In this document: positions 55,596 to 63,979 of the stretch, one piece after another
How positions within the stretch are numbered: position 1 is the stretch's first letter
Layout: every line of letters starts with the position of its first letter
Source of the DNA: a virus
Lineage: Duplodnaviria; Caudoviricetes
Virus record (IMG/VR): IMGVR_UViG_3300044719_000048
Location: 64,001-128,000 of that record
DNA: 64,000 bases
Reading direction: 5' to 3' (one strand)
The notes under the pieces: generated by a model
What the model was told of the DNA's origin: nothing
The model's database searches: none
Seen by the model: the letters and a program-made list of their open reading frames with translations, nothing else
Program-made: the position numbers and the translations under genes

Positions 55596-55928
55596 TCAGA
55601 TCGCTTTCGGTTGGTTATTGTTTTCGGCCGCGTAGGCGGCCAGCAGTTCTTTGTGGCGGTTGAGGGCCTTGCCGCGATGCATGGCCTCCTGCATCTGCAT
55701 CGATGCATAGTCGAAGACCGCCACCATTGCCTTCTTGTGCGCAGCTTCCTTGCCCATCTGCTCGTCGTAGTTCTCGAGGTCGATGACGCTGGCGATGCCG
55801 TGGCAGGTCCAGCCAGTGTCCAGCACGATCTCGCAGACGATGGCCTTACCTGAAGGCAGGCGCGTATAGGTCGTGGACTGGATCATAGCCTTCACGTCCT
55901 CGACGCTGAGCCTCGTGTTGTGGTTCAT
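55596..55928 (-). CDS. N4 Gp49/Sf6 gp66-family protein
   Basis: IVCEIVLDTGWTCHG.ASVID.ENYDEQMGKEAA..KA matches the family pattern (C...L.NGF.V.G.SAC....NFD.EIG..IA). Confidence 0.75.
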   Translation of the reverse strand: MNHNTRLSVEDVKAMIQSTTYTRLPSGKAIVCEIVLDTGWTCHGIASVIDLENYDEQMGKEAAHKKAMVAVFDYASMQMQEAMHRGKALNRHKELLAAYAAENNNQPKAI

Positions 55929-56419
55929 TCTTCGGTCCTCGTCGTGGTTTCACTGTCTGGGCGCATGTCGCGGGTCAGGAAGCCCGGGCCACCGCCCATG
56001 CCATTACCTCCTGGGTAGCCGGAGACGGGCTTGGCGACATCAGAGACCACGTTGGTACGAATCGTGACGTTACGCAGGAACGCGTCCATGCTGGTCTTCA
56101 CGCCGCTGAGTTCGGCCTGCGCGATCTTGGCATCGATGCCGGCTTCGCGCTTGATCAGGTCGATCTCCTTCTGCTGAGCCGTGGCCTCACGTACGGTCAG
56201 TGCGGTCTCACGGGCAGTCAGCTCTTGGTGAGCGCTGAGCTTCGCACGCAGCTGTTCGACCTCTGCTTGCACCGACTTGAATGCAGCTTGGGTGCGTTCG
56301 AGCTCCTTCGCTTGCTCATGGGCCTTCTCGATGAAGCTCTTCAGCTCGCCTGCTACGACGCCGTTGAGGTTTTCTGCGATTGCCGCTTGAACTGCTTGGC
56401 TCAGATTTTGGGCACTCAT
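55925..56419 (-). CDS. Coiled-coil hypothetical protein
   Basis: Start at MSAQN (AAGGAG RBS). Confidence 0.7.
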   Translation of the reverse strand: MSAQNLSQAVQAAIAENLNGVVAGELKSFIEKAHEQAKELERTQAAFKSVQAEVEQLRAKLSAHQELTARETALTVREATAQQKEIDLIKREAGIDAKIAQAELSGVKTSMDAFLRNVTIRTNVVSDVAKPVSGYPGGNGMGGGPGFLTRDMRPDSETTTRTEE

Positions 56420-56444
56420 TTCTGCTCCTTTAATAGAAGGTGTG

Positions 56445-56849
56445 TTACGGGTGGGGTTGTGAACGAGCGCGGTCAACAAAATGATAGCTGTTGGCGTAGC
56501 TCAATACTGCGAAGAAGCCCTGGCTTGGTACGTGCTCCCAGAAAGTGCCTCTGTAGGAAACCATACCGGAGGGCACTGCTCCCTCCAGCTTCAAAATCTC
56601 GTAGAACTCAGTTTCCTTTTCCTTCAGTTCTTCGACGATTTGCTCTTTCATCCAGAAGAGGTTGCCGCCTGTCAGAAAGCTGAGCAGATTCTCAGGAGTA
56701 GTGATATAGCGATCCCGAGTACCTAGCTCGAAGCGTGGAATGCAACCGTCTCCGACTTGAAAGAGTCGAAGTTGGGGCCACGTTGTGGTACGCCATTCGG
56801 TTAGCTGCGCATTTATGTAGTCTACGTCGGCTGCGGTAAGTGCAAGCAT
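56445..56849 (-). CDS. Hypothetical protein
   Basis: 134 aa, GAGG RBS. Confidence 0.55.
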   Translation of the reverse strand: MLALTAADVDYINAQLTEWRTTTWPQLRLFQVGDGCIPRFELGTRDRYITTPENLLSFLTGGNLFWMKEQIVEELKEKETEFYEILKLEGAVPSGMVSYRGTFWEHVPSQGFFAVLSYANSYHFVDRARSQPHP

Positions 56850-57223
56850 TTGATAGCCTCTATTTGTAGTGGGTTGATGTCCTTAATGGTCGGAGCCTGC
56901 ACGATCTCCGAACCATTGCGAATGATAAAGGTGGGCGGCTCTTCCTTGAAGCTCCAGCGACTTTGAGGCACCGTGCGCTGGCAGTCCGACGCAGCAAGGA
57001 AGCACTTGTCCGGCTCAAGGTTCACGTTGAGGATCAGATAGAAGTCGCCCTTGCGTATGTCCTTGAAGAAGGCCGGCACCCAGTTCCCGGTTGCTGGATT
57101 CCAGATGTCGACCGGCCGGTCGTTAGGTCCATCCGGTTCGGTGGACCACTGACGCGCAGGCACGACAGCGACTTCTGTGCTAGGGTTTGTAGGATCGGTA
57201 CTGCTTGAAACAATCGAGTTCAT
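56822..57223 (-). CDS. Hypothetical protein
   Basis: 133 aa, AAGGAG RBS. Confidence 0.6.
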   Translation of the reverse strand: MNSIVSSSTDPTNPSTEVAVVPARQWSTEPDGPNDRPVDIWNPATGNWVPAFFKDIRKGDFYLILNVNLEPDKCFLAASDCQRTVPQSRWSFKEEPPTFIIRNGSEIVQAPTIKDINPLQIEAIKCLHLPQPT

Positions 57224-57401
57224 CTGTGATCCACTCCTTATGCTTGATGAACCGCATGCCGTCGACTATTCCCCACTCTCCACCTCCGTCCTCAAATCGC
57301 GGCTCATGGCTTTGAAAGATGCGGACCTGCATGCGAAGACCGCCGACCAAGTGATGCTCAATCAGCTCTTTTGGGTAGTGCACGTCAGCATAGAGGTCCA
57401 T
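57180..57401 (-). CDS. Small hypothetical protein
   Basis: 73 aa, GAGG RBS; starts just after the upstream stop. Confidence 0.45.
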   Translation of the reverse strand: MDLYADVHYPKELIEHHLVGGLRMQVRIFQSHEPRFEDGGGEWGIVDGMRFIKHKEWITDELDCFKQYRSYKP

Positions 57402-57402
57402 G

Positions 57403-57729
57403 TCACTTCCTCTCAGGAACCTTGCTCACGCTTCGGAACAAGTTCGCGGCGTTGCGTGTAGCCTCGTCTGCAAAGGCAATAGCCCAGCGCCATGTCTTGA
57501 GGCGGGCGACGTTCTCCGGCGTGTTCTCGACCAATGACCAGTCGTAGTGTGTTCGGAATCGACCTTCCTTGCCGTGAACGCTGAACTCCCAGACGGCTGC
57601 GCTAACACCTACGTCTACTACGTCGTAGCAGATCAGCGTGTCCCTGTCGACCATAATGCCGCCACCTGGATCAGTGTCCAGAGAGCGATCAACAGGGTAG
57701 AGGCGGTCAGATGTGAAGATGTACTCCAT
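57403..57729 (-). CDS. Hypothetical protein
   Basis: Start at MEYIF (GGAGG RBS, TGATG coupling). Confidence 0.6.
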   Translation of the reverse strand: MEYIFTSDRLYPVDRSLDTDPGGGIMVDRDTLICYDVVDVGVSAAVWEFSVHGKEGRFRTHYDWSLVENTPENVARLKTWRWAIAFADEATRNAANLFRSVSKVPERK

Positions 57730-59417
57730 CAGGCCTCCGTCTTCTGCTTCGCTGCGGCCTCTGCCGCCTTCTCGGCGGCCATCTCCTCGTCGCTCAGAAC
57801 CTTGATGCCCCGGAAGACCGCATTGTGGCGGAGCTCCTCGAAGGAGAATTCGGTCTTCAACGAAACGCACACGCGATGCGTCAGCTTGATCAGGTTCTGG
57901 ATGTCACGACCGACGATCTCGGGGAACGCACGAACAGCCTTGACCAAATCGGCCTTCGGCAGTTCCAGATTGAACTGCTGGAGCTGCATCTGCCACAAGC
58001 GCAGACGTTCCTTGCGGGCCGGCGCCTTGAACTGGATCATGGCGATGCAGCGCGACTTGATCGCATCGTCGATGTCTTGCTCGCGATTCGTCGTAAGGAA
58101 GACCAGACCGGTGTGATACTCCAGCAAGCGCAGGAAGACCGCAACGACAGCGTCCTGATCCAGCGACTTGCCACGAGCACCGACGAATGCATCAGCCTCG
58201 TTGATAAGCAGCGGCATTTTCAGGCGCAGCGAACGACTGAGAATGGCACGAAGGTTGGACTCGATGGTCTCCGGGTCCGACCCCAACTGGGCGCCTTGAA
58301 TCTCGTACAGCGGACGCTGAATCGTTTCAGCATAGACCTCTGCCGAAAGGGTCTTGCCCGTACCCGGAGGACCGAAGTTCAAGATGACCGACGAGGCAGC
58401 CTTCGATTTCAGGATCTTCGACTTGTCCGGGCCGTCCGTCTCGTCACGCAGAGCATCCAGATTGGAAACCAGCGCGCGGATCAATCGCGTGTGCGACTCA
58501 GGCAGGATCAACCGCTCTTGTACCTTGTCGTCATACTCGTAAGGCCGCATGTTGCCGACGTTGACCCACACCATCTGATGGTGGACCAGCGAGAACAACG
58601 GCAGCACCGGATGCATCGGAACGGCGCACGATGCGTTGTAGATTTCGCTGTAGACCGTGTTCTTGGCGTAGTTGCGGTTGTACTTCTCTTGGCCGTATTC
58701 AGTGTCGAGCACGGCCTTGGAAGGCTTGCCGAAGACCGTAAGGTCCAGTTCCGATTCGGACCACCAGCGACGGCCCCCGCTTGAGAACGCGGTTCCGCGA
58801 ACCTCGAATTGATCGCCATGCATCTCGCTGTACTTCAGGTACCGACGCTTGATCTTCTCGTAGTCCTCGACCATCGTCTCGTCGGGAGACATCAGGTCTT
58901 TGCGGCGCAGGATCTCCGGCACGGTGCGACCCAGCTCGTGTCGAGTGAACGTGATCGACTCTTCGGAGAAGCCGTACCGGCTGTTGAAGCAGTACTTGAG
59001 CCTGACGTAAGCCTCGCGATGGCTCGTCATTCTCGTTTCCTTGATCTCCGGAACATATTCTATGCTCGTAGGCAGATAGGCCACACCTTTGAGCGTCGCG
59101 TGCAGCGAGTGCAAGGTCTTTGCCTCCTGCGCGTTGAGGAATGCCTTCATAGCAGCGCACAGTTCCGAGAGGTCCTCGACCTTCTTATTGGTCGGGTCTT
59201 TCAGCGAACGGCACAGCTTGTTGACCTTCGGGTAGGCCTCGTCCTTGTGGGCCTTCAGGAACGACGTGAGAACCGTCAGATCGTCGAGGTCCAGGTCGTA
59301 CAGCGGGAGCGTCAGCTCGTCGCCCGGTTTCTTCTTGCTCGTGAACAGCGTGGGAAGACGATCTCCCATCTTCTCCTTGGCGGCCTTGTAGCAGGCTACT
59401 GAGATAGCGATTTCCAT
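57729..59417 (-). CDS. AAA+ ATPase
   Basis: GPPGTGKT, LLINEAD, FLRLLEY..GLVFLTTNR, IDDAIKSR arginine finger, GRDI. Confidence 0.92.
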   Translation of the reverse strand: MEIAISVACYKAAKEKMGDRLPTLFTSKKKPGDELTLPLYDLDLDDLTVLTSFLKAHKDEAYPKVNKLCRSLKDPTNKKVEDLSELCAAMKAFLNAQEAKTLHSLHATLKGVAYLPTSIEYVPEIKETRMTSHREAYVRLKYCFNSRYGFSEESITFTRHELGRTVPEILRRKDLMSPDETMVEDYEKIKRRYLKYSEMHGDQFEVRGTAFSSGGRRWWSESELDLTVFGKPSKAVLDTEYGQEKYNRNYAKNTVYSEIYNASCAVPMHPVLPLFSLVHHQMVWVNVGNMRPYEYDDKVQERLILPESHTRLIRALVSNLDALRDETDGPDKSKILKSKAASSVILNFGPPGTGKTLSAEVYAETIQRPLYEIQGAQLGSDPETIESNLRAILSRSLRLKMPLLINEADAFVGARGKSLDQDAVVAVFLRLLEYHTGLVFLTTNREQDIDDAIKSRCIAMIQFKAPARKERLRLWQMQLQQFNLELPKADLVKAVRAFPEIVGRDIQNLIKLTHRVCVSLKTEFSFEELRHNAVFRGIKVLSDEEMAAEKAAEAAAKQKTEA

Positions 59418-59429
59418 GTGGGCTCCCGA

Positions 59430-59924
59430 TCAGAGGACGGTGTCGCTGTCGTACACGTCGAAGGTCAGGCCGACGACCAGGTCTTCTGGCGACTTGTTGC
59501 CGCTGCCGAGGCTGAGGAAGGCATCCGGATCGACCTCGAACTCACGGCGGATCGTGCCGACCGTTTCATTACCGTAGATGAAGCTGATCTTGATGGTCGC
59601 GTCTTCCGACGCCTGCAGTGTCTTGATGTCTTTCAGGACCTCAGCGTTGAGCGTCGTAGTAACGTAGAGCGTGCTGTCCGATTCGGCGGCTTCTTCCTCT
59701 TCTCCGTCTTCGTCCGAGCCTTCGCCGTCCACTTCGTCTTCTTCGTCACCGTCCTTAGGCAAGAGGAAGCCGTTGTCGTCTGCTTCCTCCTCCGGTTCGT
59801 CTTCGTTGAACTCGCGCTCCCAGCTCGTGATGGAGGCCGCGAGATTCTGGGCAATGATCTCCGGTGCGTCCGGGTTAGCGAGGCTGGTGATTTCGACAGT
59901 GAAGTTTTGGCTGATGTTGATCAT
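59430..59924 (-). CDS. Highly acidic hypothetical protein
   Basis: 164 aa with a central D/E tract; AAGGA RBS. Confidence 0.7.
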   Translation of the reverse strand: MINISQNFTVEITSLANPDAPEIIAQNLAASITSWEREFNEDEPEEEADDNGFLLPKDGDEEDEVDGEGSDEDGEEEEAAESDSTLYVTTTLNAEVLKDIKTLQASEDATIKISFIYGNETVGTIRREFEVDPDAFLSLGSGNKSPEDLVVGLTFDVYDSDTVL

Positions 59925-59946
59925 GATTGTCCTTGTTGAAAAACGC

Positions 59947-59954
59947 TATTTACT
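59947..59954 (-). promoter_or_regulatory. AGTAAATA promoter-like motif (class B)
   Basis: Intergenic, 23 nt before the ATG at 59924. Confidence 0.6.
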
Positions 59955-59957
59955 GCT

Positions 59958-60098
59958 CTAGTGAAGGCCCAACAACTGGGCTATCAAAGTGAACGGATAC
60001 ACTCGTTCATACAGCAGATGTTCGATTGGGTATCCTACAGTGGTGCCGACACAGAATCCCACCACTGCGTAGAGAAAGCGACGGGTCCTGAATCGCAT
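59958..60098 (-). CDS. Small membrane protein (46 aa)
   Basis: MRFRTRRFLYAVVGFCVG...; GGAGG RBS. Confidence 0.5.
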   Translation of the reverse strand: MRFRTRRFLYAVVGFCVGTTVGYPIEHLLYERVYPFTLIAQLLGLH

Positions 60099-60100
60099 GC

Positions 60101-60310
60101 TCAGTCCTCCAAGACCTGCCAATCCAGGCGAAGCAAGTCGCGTTGGGTCGGCACCCAGTCTTGCTCCAACCCGGTCTTGTAGTTGAAGAGCCGCAGCGCC
60201 TGATGGCGTCCTTGGACCTTGACGTAGCAATGACGCTCTACCATGTCTGCGTGCGACATGTACTTGGTGGTCTCGTCTTTGATGGTTGTGAGTGCGTCGT
60301 CGAACCTCAT
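60101..60310 (-). CDS. DUF2829/Tad2-like protein
   Basis: MRFDDAL..IK N-terminus and WVPTQRDLLRLDWQV C-terminus; AAGGAG RBS. Confidence 0.7.
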   Translation of the reverse strand: MRFDDALTTIKDETTKYMSHADMVERHCYVKVQGRHQALRLFNYKTGLEQDWVPTQRDLLRLDWQVLED

Positions 60311-60831
60311 TCTGTCTCTCCTTGTGCTTTCCTGAAATCGATCTCGTGTTTGAGCCACGCGAAGACCTTCTGCTGCGTGGCCTCATCGTGATGCAGGTCT
60401 TTGACCGTGAACGAGAGCGGAAGATTGCCGCCCGTGCGCAGGGTGTACAGCTTGCAGGGCTCCTTCGTACGAGGCAGCTCCGCAATGGTATTGATCGCCT
60501 TCTCCAGATCGAGCGCCAACTTCAGGGGCTTGGCGCCTCTCAGCTGAACGAATATGGCCGGAGTGAACCTAATCGGCAGATCGTTCAACTCGATTCGACT
60601 GATAGGAGCAGTGCTCGAATCGCCATTGATCTCGATTGGCAGAACCGATATGCGATGCCACCGTCCGTTGATCTTTATGAGATGCACCGCGCCTACATAG
60701 AAGTGGTTCTTCGTGGCTTTCCCAATCGCGTGTGCCTCGTCCTTCGTCCAGGCGTACCCATGAACATGGCGCTTGTTGTACCCACCGCCAGTCAAGGTGT
60801 ACACCTCAAAACCCTGCTTAATCACTTCCAT
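60307..60831 (-). CDS. Hypothetical protein
   Basis: Start at MEVIK (AAGGAG RBS). Confidence 0.65.
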   Translation of the reverse strand: MEVIKQGFEVYTLTGGGYNKRHVHGYAWTKDEAHAIGKATKNHFYVGAVHLIKINGRWHRISVLPIEINGDSSTAPISRIELNDLPIRFTPAIFVQLRGAKPLKLALDLEKAINTIAELPRTKEPCKLYTLRTGGNLPLSFTVKDLHHDEATQQKVFAWLKHEIDFRKAQGETE

Positions 60832-60851
60832 TCTCCTTCGGTCAAAAACTG

Positions 60852-60859
60852 TATTTACT
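60852..60859 (-). promoter_or_regulatory. AGTAAATA promoter-like motif (class B)
   Basis: 21 nt before the ATG at 60831; overlaps the upstream stop. Confidence 0.55.
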
Positions 60860-61043
60860 GTTCGTCCTCGAGTGCAAGGCCGACTGCGAGTGCGACGCAG
60901 CCGACCAGCATGATGAAGTAGACGACCGTGCTCGGCCCTTTGAACTCGCCACCGCCGATGACGAAGCCGATAGTCATGACGACACACAGGACAACGGAAA
61001 TCAAGGACGCGAGCTTCATGCGGCGCTTCAGCTTGTCTTTCAC
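60855..61043 (-). CDS. Small two-TM membrane protein
   Basis: Two hydrophobic helices; AGGAGG RBS. Confidence 0.6.
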   Translation of the reverse strand: MKDKLKRRMKLASLISVVLCVVMTIGFVIGGGEFKGPSTVVYFIMLVGCVALAVGLALEDEQ

Positions 61044-61261
61044 TGTTCCTCCTTGATCTGCTCAGGGCGCTTCAACGACACTTTGATGACCAGACACGCA
61101 AGGTAGATCTCCAGAATGGTATAGATGAGGAGACCGATGTTCCAAGCGTGGAGCTTGAACGTGCCACCCACCGTCAGGTAGATAGCAGTGATTCCCGCAC
61201 TCACCAGCAGGAACGTGATGAGTGAAGAGGCGACGATGACGAAACGTTCTACAGACTTCAT
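61040..61261 (-). CDS. Small two-TM membrane protein
   Basis: Two hydrophobic helices; GAGG RBS. Confidence 0.6.
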   Translation of the reverse strand: MKSVERFVIVASSLITFLLVSAGITAIYLTVGGTFKLHAWNIGLLIYTILEIYLACLVIKVSLKRPEQIKEEQ

Positions 61262-61262
61262 G

Positions 61263-61415
61263 TTACCCTCGTGGTTGAAGTGACGAGAGATAGCGCTCTC
61301 GATCGCGGGTTAGCTGCTCTAAGACGAGACCCGAGTAACCGCACTCTTTCAAACGCTTGATGTGCCACTCACGGAAGTCGTCGATCTGCTGTTGGGTCCA
61401 AGTAGGTTTCTTCAT
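61263..61415 (-). CDS. Small hypothetical protein
   Basis: 50 aa from MKKPTW; fills the gap. Confidence 0.5.
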   Translation of the reverse strand: MKKPTWTQQQIDDFREWHIKRLKECGYSGLVLEQLTRDRERYLSSLQPRG

Positions 61416-61416
61416 C

Positions 61417-61770
61417 TCAGTTGTGGAAGTTGGGAATGCACGGCACACCGTCATGATGCGCCTGACTGTCTAAGGTACGAATCAAGTCAGTGAAGTCGGC
61501 CAACTGATCGTCGTGATAGTGGAGAACCGCCGTCTCCAGTTCGCATAGCAGCTTGGGGTTCTTGCAGATGCAGGCCACCATCCTCAACTCAGGCAGACCA
61601 CGCAGGATGACCTGACAGTGAGCCTTCACTGCGCTAGTCAGGAGCAGAGGGTGCCACGCCACTATATTCGGAGTGACTCGCGTGCCTTGTATCACATCAC
61701 CACTACTTGTGAGGATCATGATCTTACCTGCCGGTGGATCGCTGTCGATGCCTATGTAGTTCCAGTTCAT
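61417..61770 (-). CDS. Hypothetical protein
   Basis: 117 aa, GAGGAG RBS; MNW......PP...IVAWHPL N-terminal module. Confidence 0.6.
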   Translation of the reverse strand: MNWNYIGIDSDPPAGKIMILTSSGDVIQGTRVTPNIVAWHPLLLTSAVKAHCQVILRGLPELRMVACICKNPKLLCELETAVLHYHDDQLADFTDLIRTLDSQAHHDGVPCIPNFHN

Positions 61771-61979
61771 TTGTCACTCCTCTTCAACGCCTGAGCACGT
61801 TCCCACGTGATGCACAGCTGCACGGCGGCGAGAAGCATCAATATGAGAACACCCGGAGCACGATCATCGCCAGCCACGTAATAGGTCAGCTTGACTATCC
61901 CAAATACGATGCCAGCTAGGATTGCCATCATCAGCATTCCACCCAGTTCGTAGACCAAAGCCTTGATAAAATACTTCAT
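61767..61979 (-). CDS. Small two-TM membrane protein
   Basis: Hydrophobic; ATGA-coupled. Confidence 0.6.
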   Translation of the reverse strand: MKYFIKALVYELGGMLMMAILAGIVFGIVKLTYYVAGDDRAPGVLILMLLAAVQLCITWERAQALKRSDK

Positions 61980-62257
61980 ACCACTCTCCTCAGCAGCTTT
62001 GCGTGAATGGTGGGCACCCGTACTGAGCGCACCAGCTTGAAACCAAGTGCATCCAATGCGGCACCGTATTCGTCAGCACGGGTGAGCAGTTGAGCCTCAT
62101 ACATCACACCTACTGCACCGCTCGGATGAGCGTATAGCAGCAGACCGACGGACTGAATATTTCTGGCGATAGCCCGGTCTCTGCGTACAGAATTGCGCCA
62201 GCGATCTTCGACTGCAGTCAGGTCTTCGTTGCAGTGCAGATGGATTGGTAACTTCAT
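61976..62257 (-). CDS. Hypothetical protein
   Basis: 93 aa, GGAGG RBS. Confidence 0.6.
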   Translation of the reverse strand: MKLPIHLHCNEDLTAVEDRWRNSVRRDRAIARNIQSVGLLLYAHPSGAVGVMYEAQLLTRADEYGAALDALGFKLVRSVRVPTIHAKLLRRVV

Positions 62258-62817
62258 GTGCCCTCCAGTTGAGGCAATGCGAACGGCAGACCAGTGGTCT
62301 TGATCTCAACGCCGAGCTCTTTGGTCATCTCCCGCGCCGTCTGAACGAGCTGCGCAGGGAACTCCAAAGTGGTTGCGCCGTCGAGCCAAGCATTGAAAGC
62401 CTTACTCATGCCAGCCATGATGGGCAGGATCTCCGCGCCAGTCAGTACGATTTCTGGCAACGTTGGACCTGGGTAGGCCAATGTGTCCCACCACTCGTCC
62501 TCCACGACCCTTACACAATTATGAGCATAGCTGGCATGCCACAGCTCGAGAGGCCGGTCGAACAATGGCAGAAGATAGAGCTCAACCAACGCCATAAGGC
62601 AGAAGTCATCGAACGTTGTGGTCTGCTTTTCTGCGTAGGCACGATCCTGCGTGGCCTCGAGCTCAGGCACTTCATACAGGTAGTCGTCGAGTAGATCACC
62701 ATCGTTGAATCCGTTCTTGCACCAGAGATGATGCCCCACGAGACGTATGGGGTAGTTAGGCAAGTCAGACCGCCTCATGAAGGGCTGAAAGTTCACGAGC
62801 CTCATATAGCACCCCAC
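62254..62817 (-). CDS. Hypothetical protein
   Basis: Up to 187 aa; the true start may be the ATG at 62805. Confidence 0.6.
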   Translation of the reverse strand: MGCYMRLVNFQPFMRRSDLPNYPIRLVGHHLWCKNGFNDGDLLDDYLYEVPELEATQDRAYAEKQTTTFDDFCLMALVELYLLPLFDRPLELWHASYAHNCVRVVEDEWWDTLAYPGPTLPEIVLTGAEILPIMAGMSKAFNAWLDGATTLEFPAQLVQTAREMTKELGVEIKTTGLPFALPQLEGT

Positions 62818-63200
62818 TCTGATAATTTTTCACCTGGTAGTCGAATTACCGTAAGTGAGTCCTCATCATAACCCCCAAGCAGTGCACCCTGAGCCCGACT
62901 GTGACACATAACGTAGAGACCATCTCTACGAAGAGCGTCAGCGTTCTTGTCAACCTCTTCGAGTTTCTCCTGAGCCTTACGACTGAATGACAAACTGTAG
63001 AGTGGACTACCATCACAATCTCTACTATGGTGCACGACGAACAAGCGAAGACCTCGCGTAGGCTCTACGTCAAGGGGATCATCAGCGCTAATAATCTCAA
63101 CCAGAGCGCCTATAGGTATTTTGTGAGCACGTTCAAGATTGTTCTGTCGTATAGTTTTGCCGTTTTCTTCGACAATATCACTAGCCATAATGATTTTCAT
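62802..63200 (-). CDS. Hypothetical protein, low G+C
   Basis: Start at MKIIM (GGAGG RBS). Confidence 0.65.
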   Translation of the reverse strand: MKIIMASDIVEENGKTIRQNNLERAHKIPIGALVEIISADDPLDVEPTRGLRLFVVHHSRDCDGSPLYSLSFSRKAQEKLEEVDKNADALRRDGLYVMCHSRAQGALLGGYDEDSLTVIRLPGEKLSEWGAI

Positions 63201-63217
63201 ACTTCCTCCCGTTACTC

Positions 63218-63225
63218 TATTTACT
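63218..63225 (-). promoter_or_regulatory. AGTAAATA promoter-like motif (class B)
   Basis: Between a terminator and the RBS. Confidence 0.65.
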
Positions 63226-63228
63226 TCC

Positions 63229-63270
63229 AAACGAAAAGAGGGAGCTACCAATGCGAACGGTAGCTCCCTC
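63229..63270 (-). terminator. Intrinsic terminator, second copy of the 4.3-kb hairpin
   Basis: GAGGGAGCTACC-GTTCGCATT-GGTAGCTCCCTC-TTTTCGTTT. Confidence 0.88.
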
Positions 63271-63274
63271 CTCG

Positions 63275-63472
63275 TTACAGCAAGTTGCTGAACCAACGAG
63301 ATATGCGCTGCCACCACGTTGGTTTCTTCACGGTCTTCACTTGCTGGACTGTGCGCTCAGGACCATAGAGCGCAGCTCCTCGCGTGATGCGAACGTGATC
63401 GATTGCTCCACTTGAAGGAGCGTCAGTCACTGCTGTGTCGGAACGGGAATCCGATGGTTGTACGAAGGTCAT
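63275..63472 (-). CDS. Small hypothetical protein
   Basis: 65 aa, AGGAG RBS, amphipathic C-terminus WWQRISRWF. Confidence 0.6.
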   Translation of the reverse strand: MTFVQPSDSRSDTAVTDAPSSGAIDHVRITRGAALYGPERTVQQVKTVKKPTWWQRISRWFSNLL

Positions 63473-63484
63473 CTACTTCTCCTA

Positions 63485-63979
63485 TCACAGGTTGTTGACC
63501 AACCACTGCAGACGTTGCAGTGAGGTCTTGATGTCGCCGAGATGATGAACGGTGAAGCCTCCTGCTGTCTCCCACGCCGCGCAGTTGTCCTCTCGATCAT
63601 CGATCAGAATGTCGCCGGGCTTGCAGTGGCGCCACTTGTCTTTCGAGTGCGGGCCGATCAGGACCTCAGGTGGCGAGCCCAGAAAGATCCTGTCCTTGTG
63701 ATCCAACACCCAGTCCCGCTTGTTGCCCTCCGCAGAGGGCATAGAGGACTTGCGCGGGATAGCGGTCAGGATCTTACTAGGCAGTGCGTGATGACAGATG
63801 GCGGCCCACAGCTGCGCGGCATAAGGCGTGGGCTTCATCATCCTGAAGACGTTGGGAATCTCCTGGAGCTCGGCCCACATCGTGTCGTCATCCACCTGAG
63901 CCTTGGCAGAAAGGTGCTCGCGCTTGAAGCGGTCGAAGTCGACGAGAACTCCGTCCATGTCGCAGTAGATAGTAGTCAT
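63485..63979 (-). CDS. HAD 5'(3')-deoxyribonucleotidase (NT5C-like)
   Basis: IYCDMDGVLVDF, ILTA, K..W, ILIDDR..N...W..AGG. Confidence 0.88.
   Translation of the reverse strand: MTTIYCDMDGVLVDFDRFKREHLSAKAQVDDDTMWAELQEIPNVFRMMKPTPYAAQLWAAICHHALPSKILTAIPRKSSMPSAEGNKRDWVLDHKDRIFLGSPPEVLIGPHSKDKWRHCKPGDILIDDREDNCAAWETAGGFTVHHLGDIKTSLQRLQWLVNNL

Noticed and set aside
39595-59939. Long + strand ORFs opposite real genes (e.g. 39595-40491, 43558-44442, 46724-47845, 57825-58784)
   Set aside because: Antisense shadows expected from high-GC3 codon bias; no RBS or recognisable motifs.
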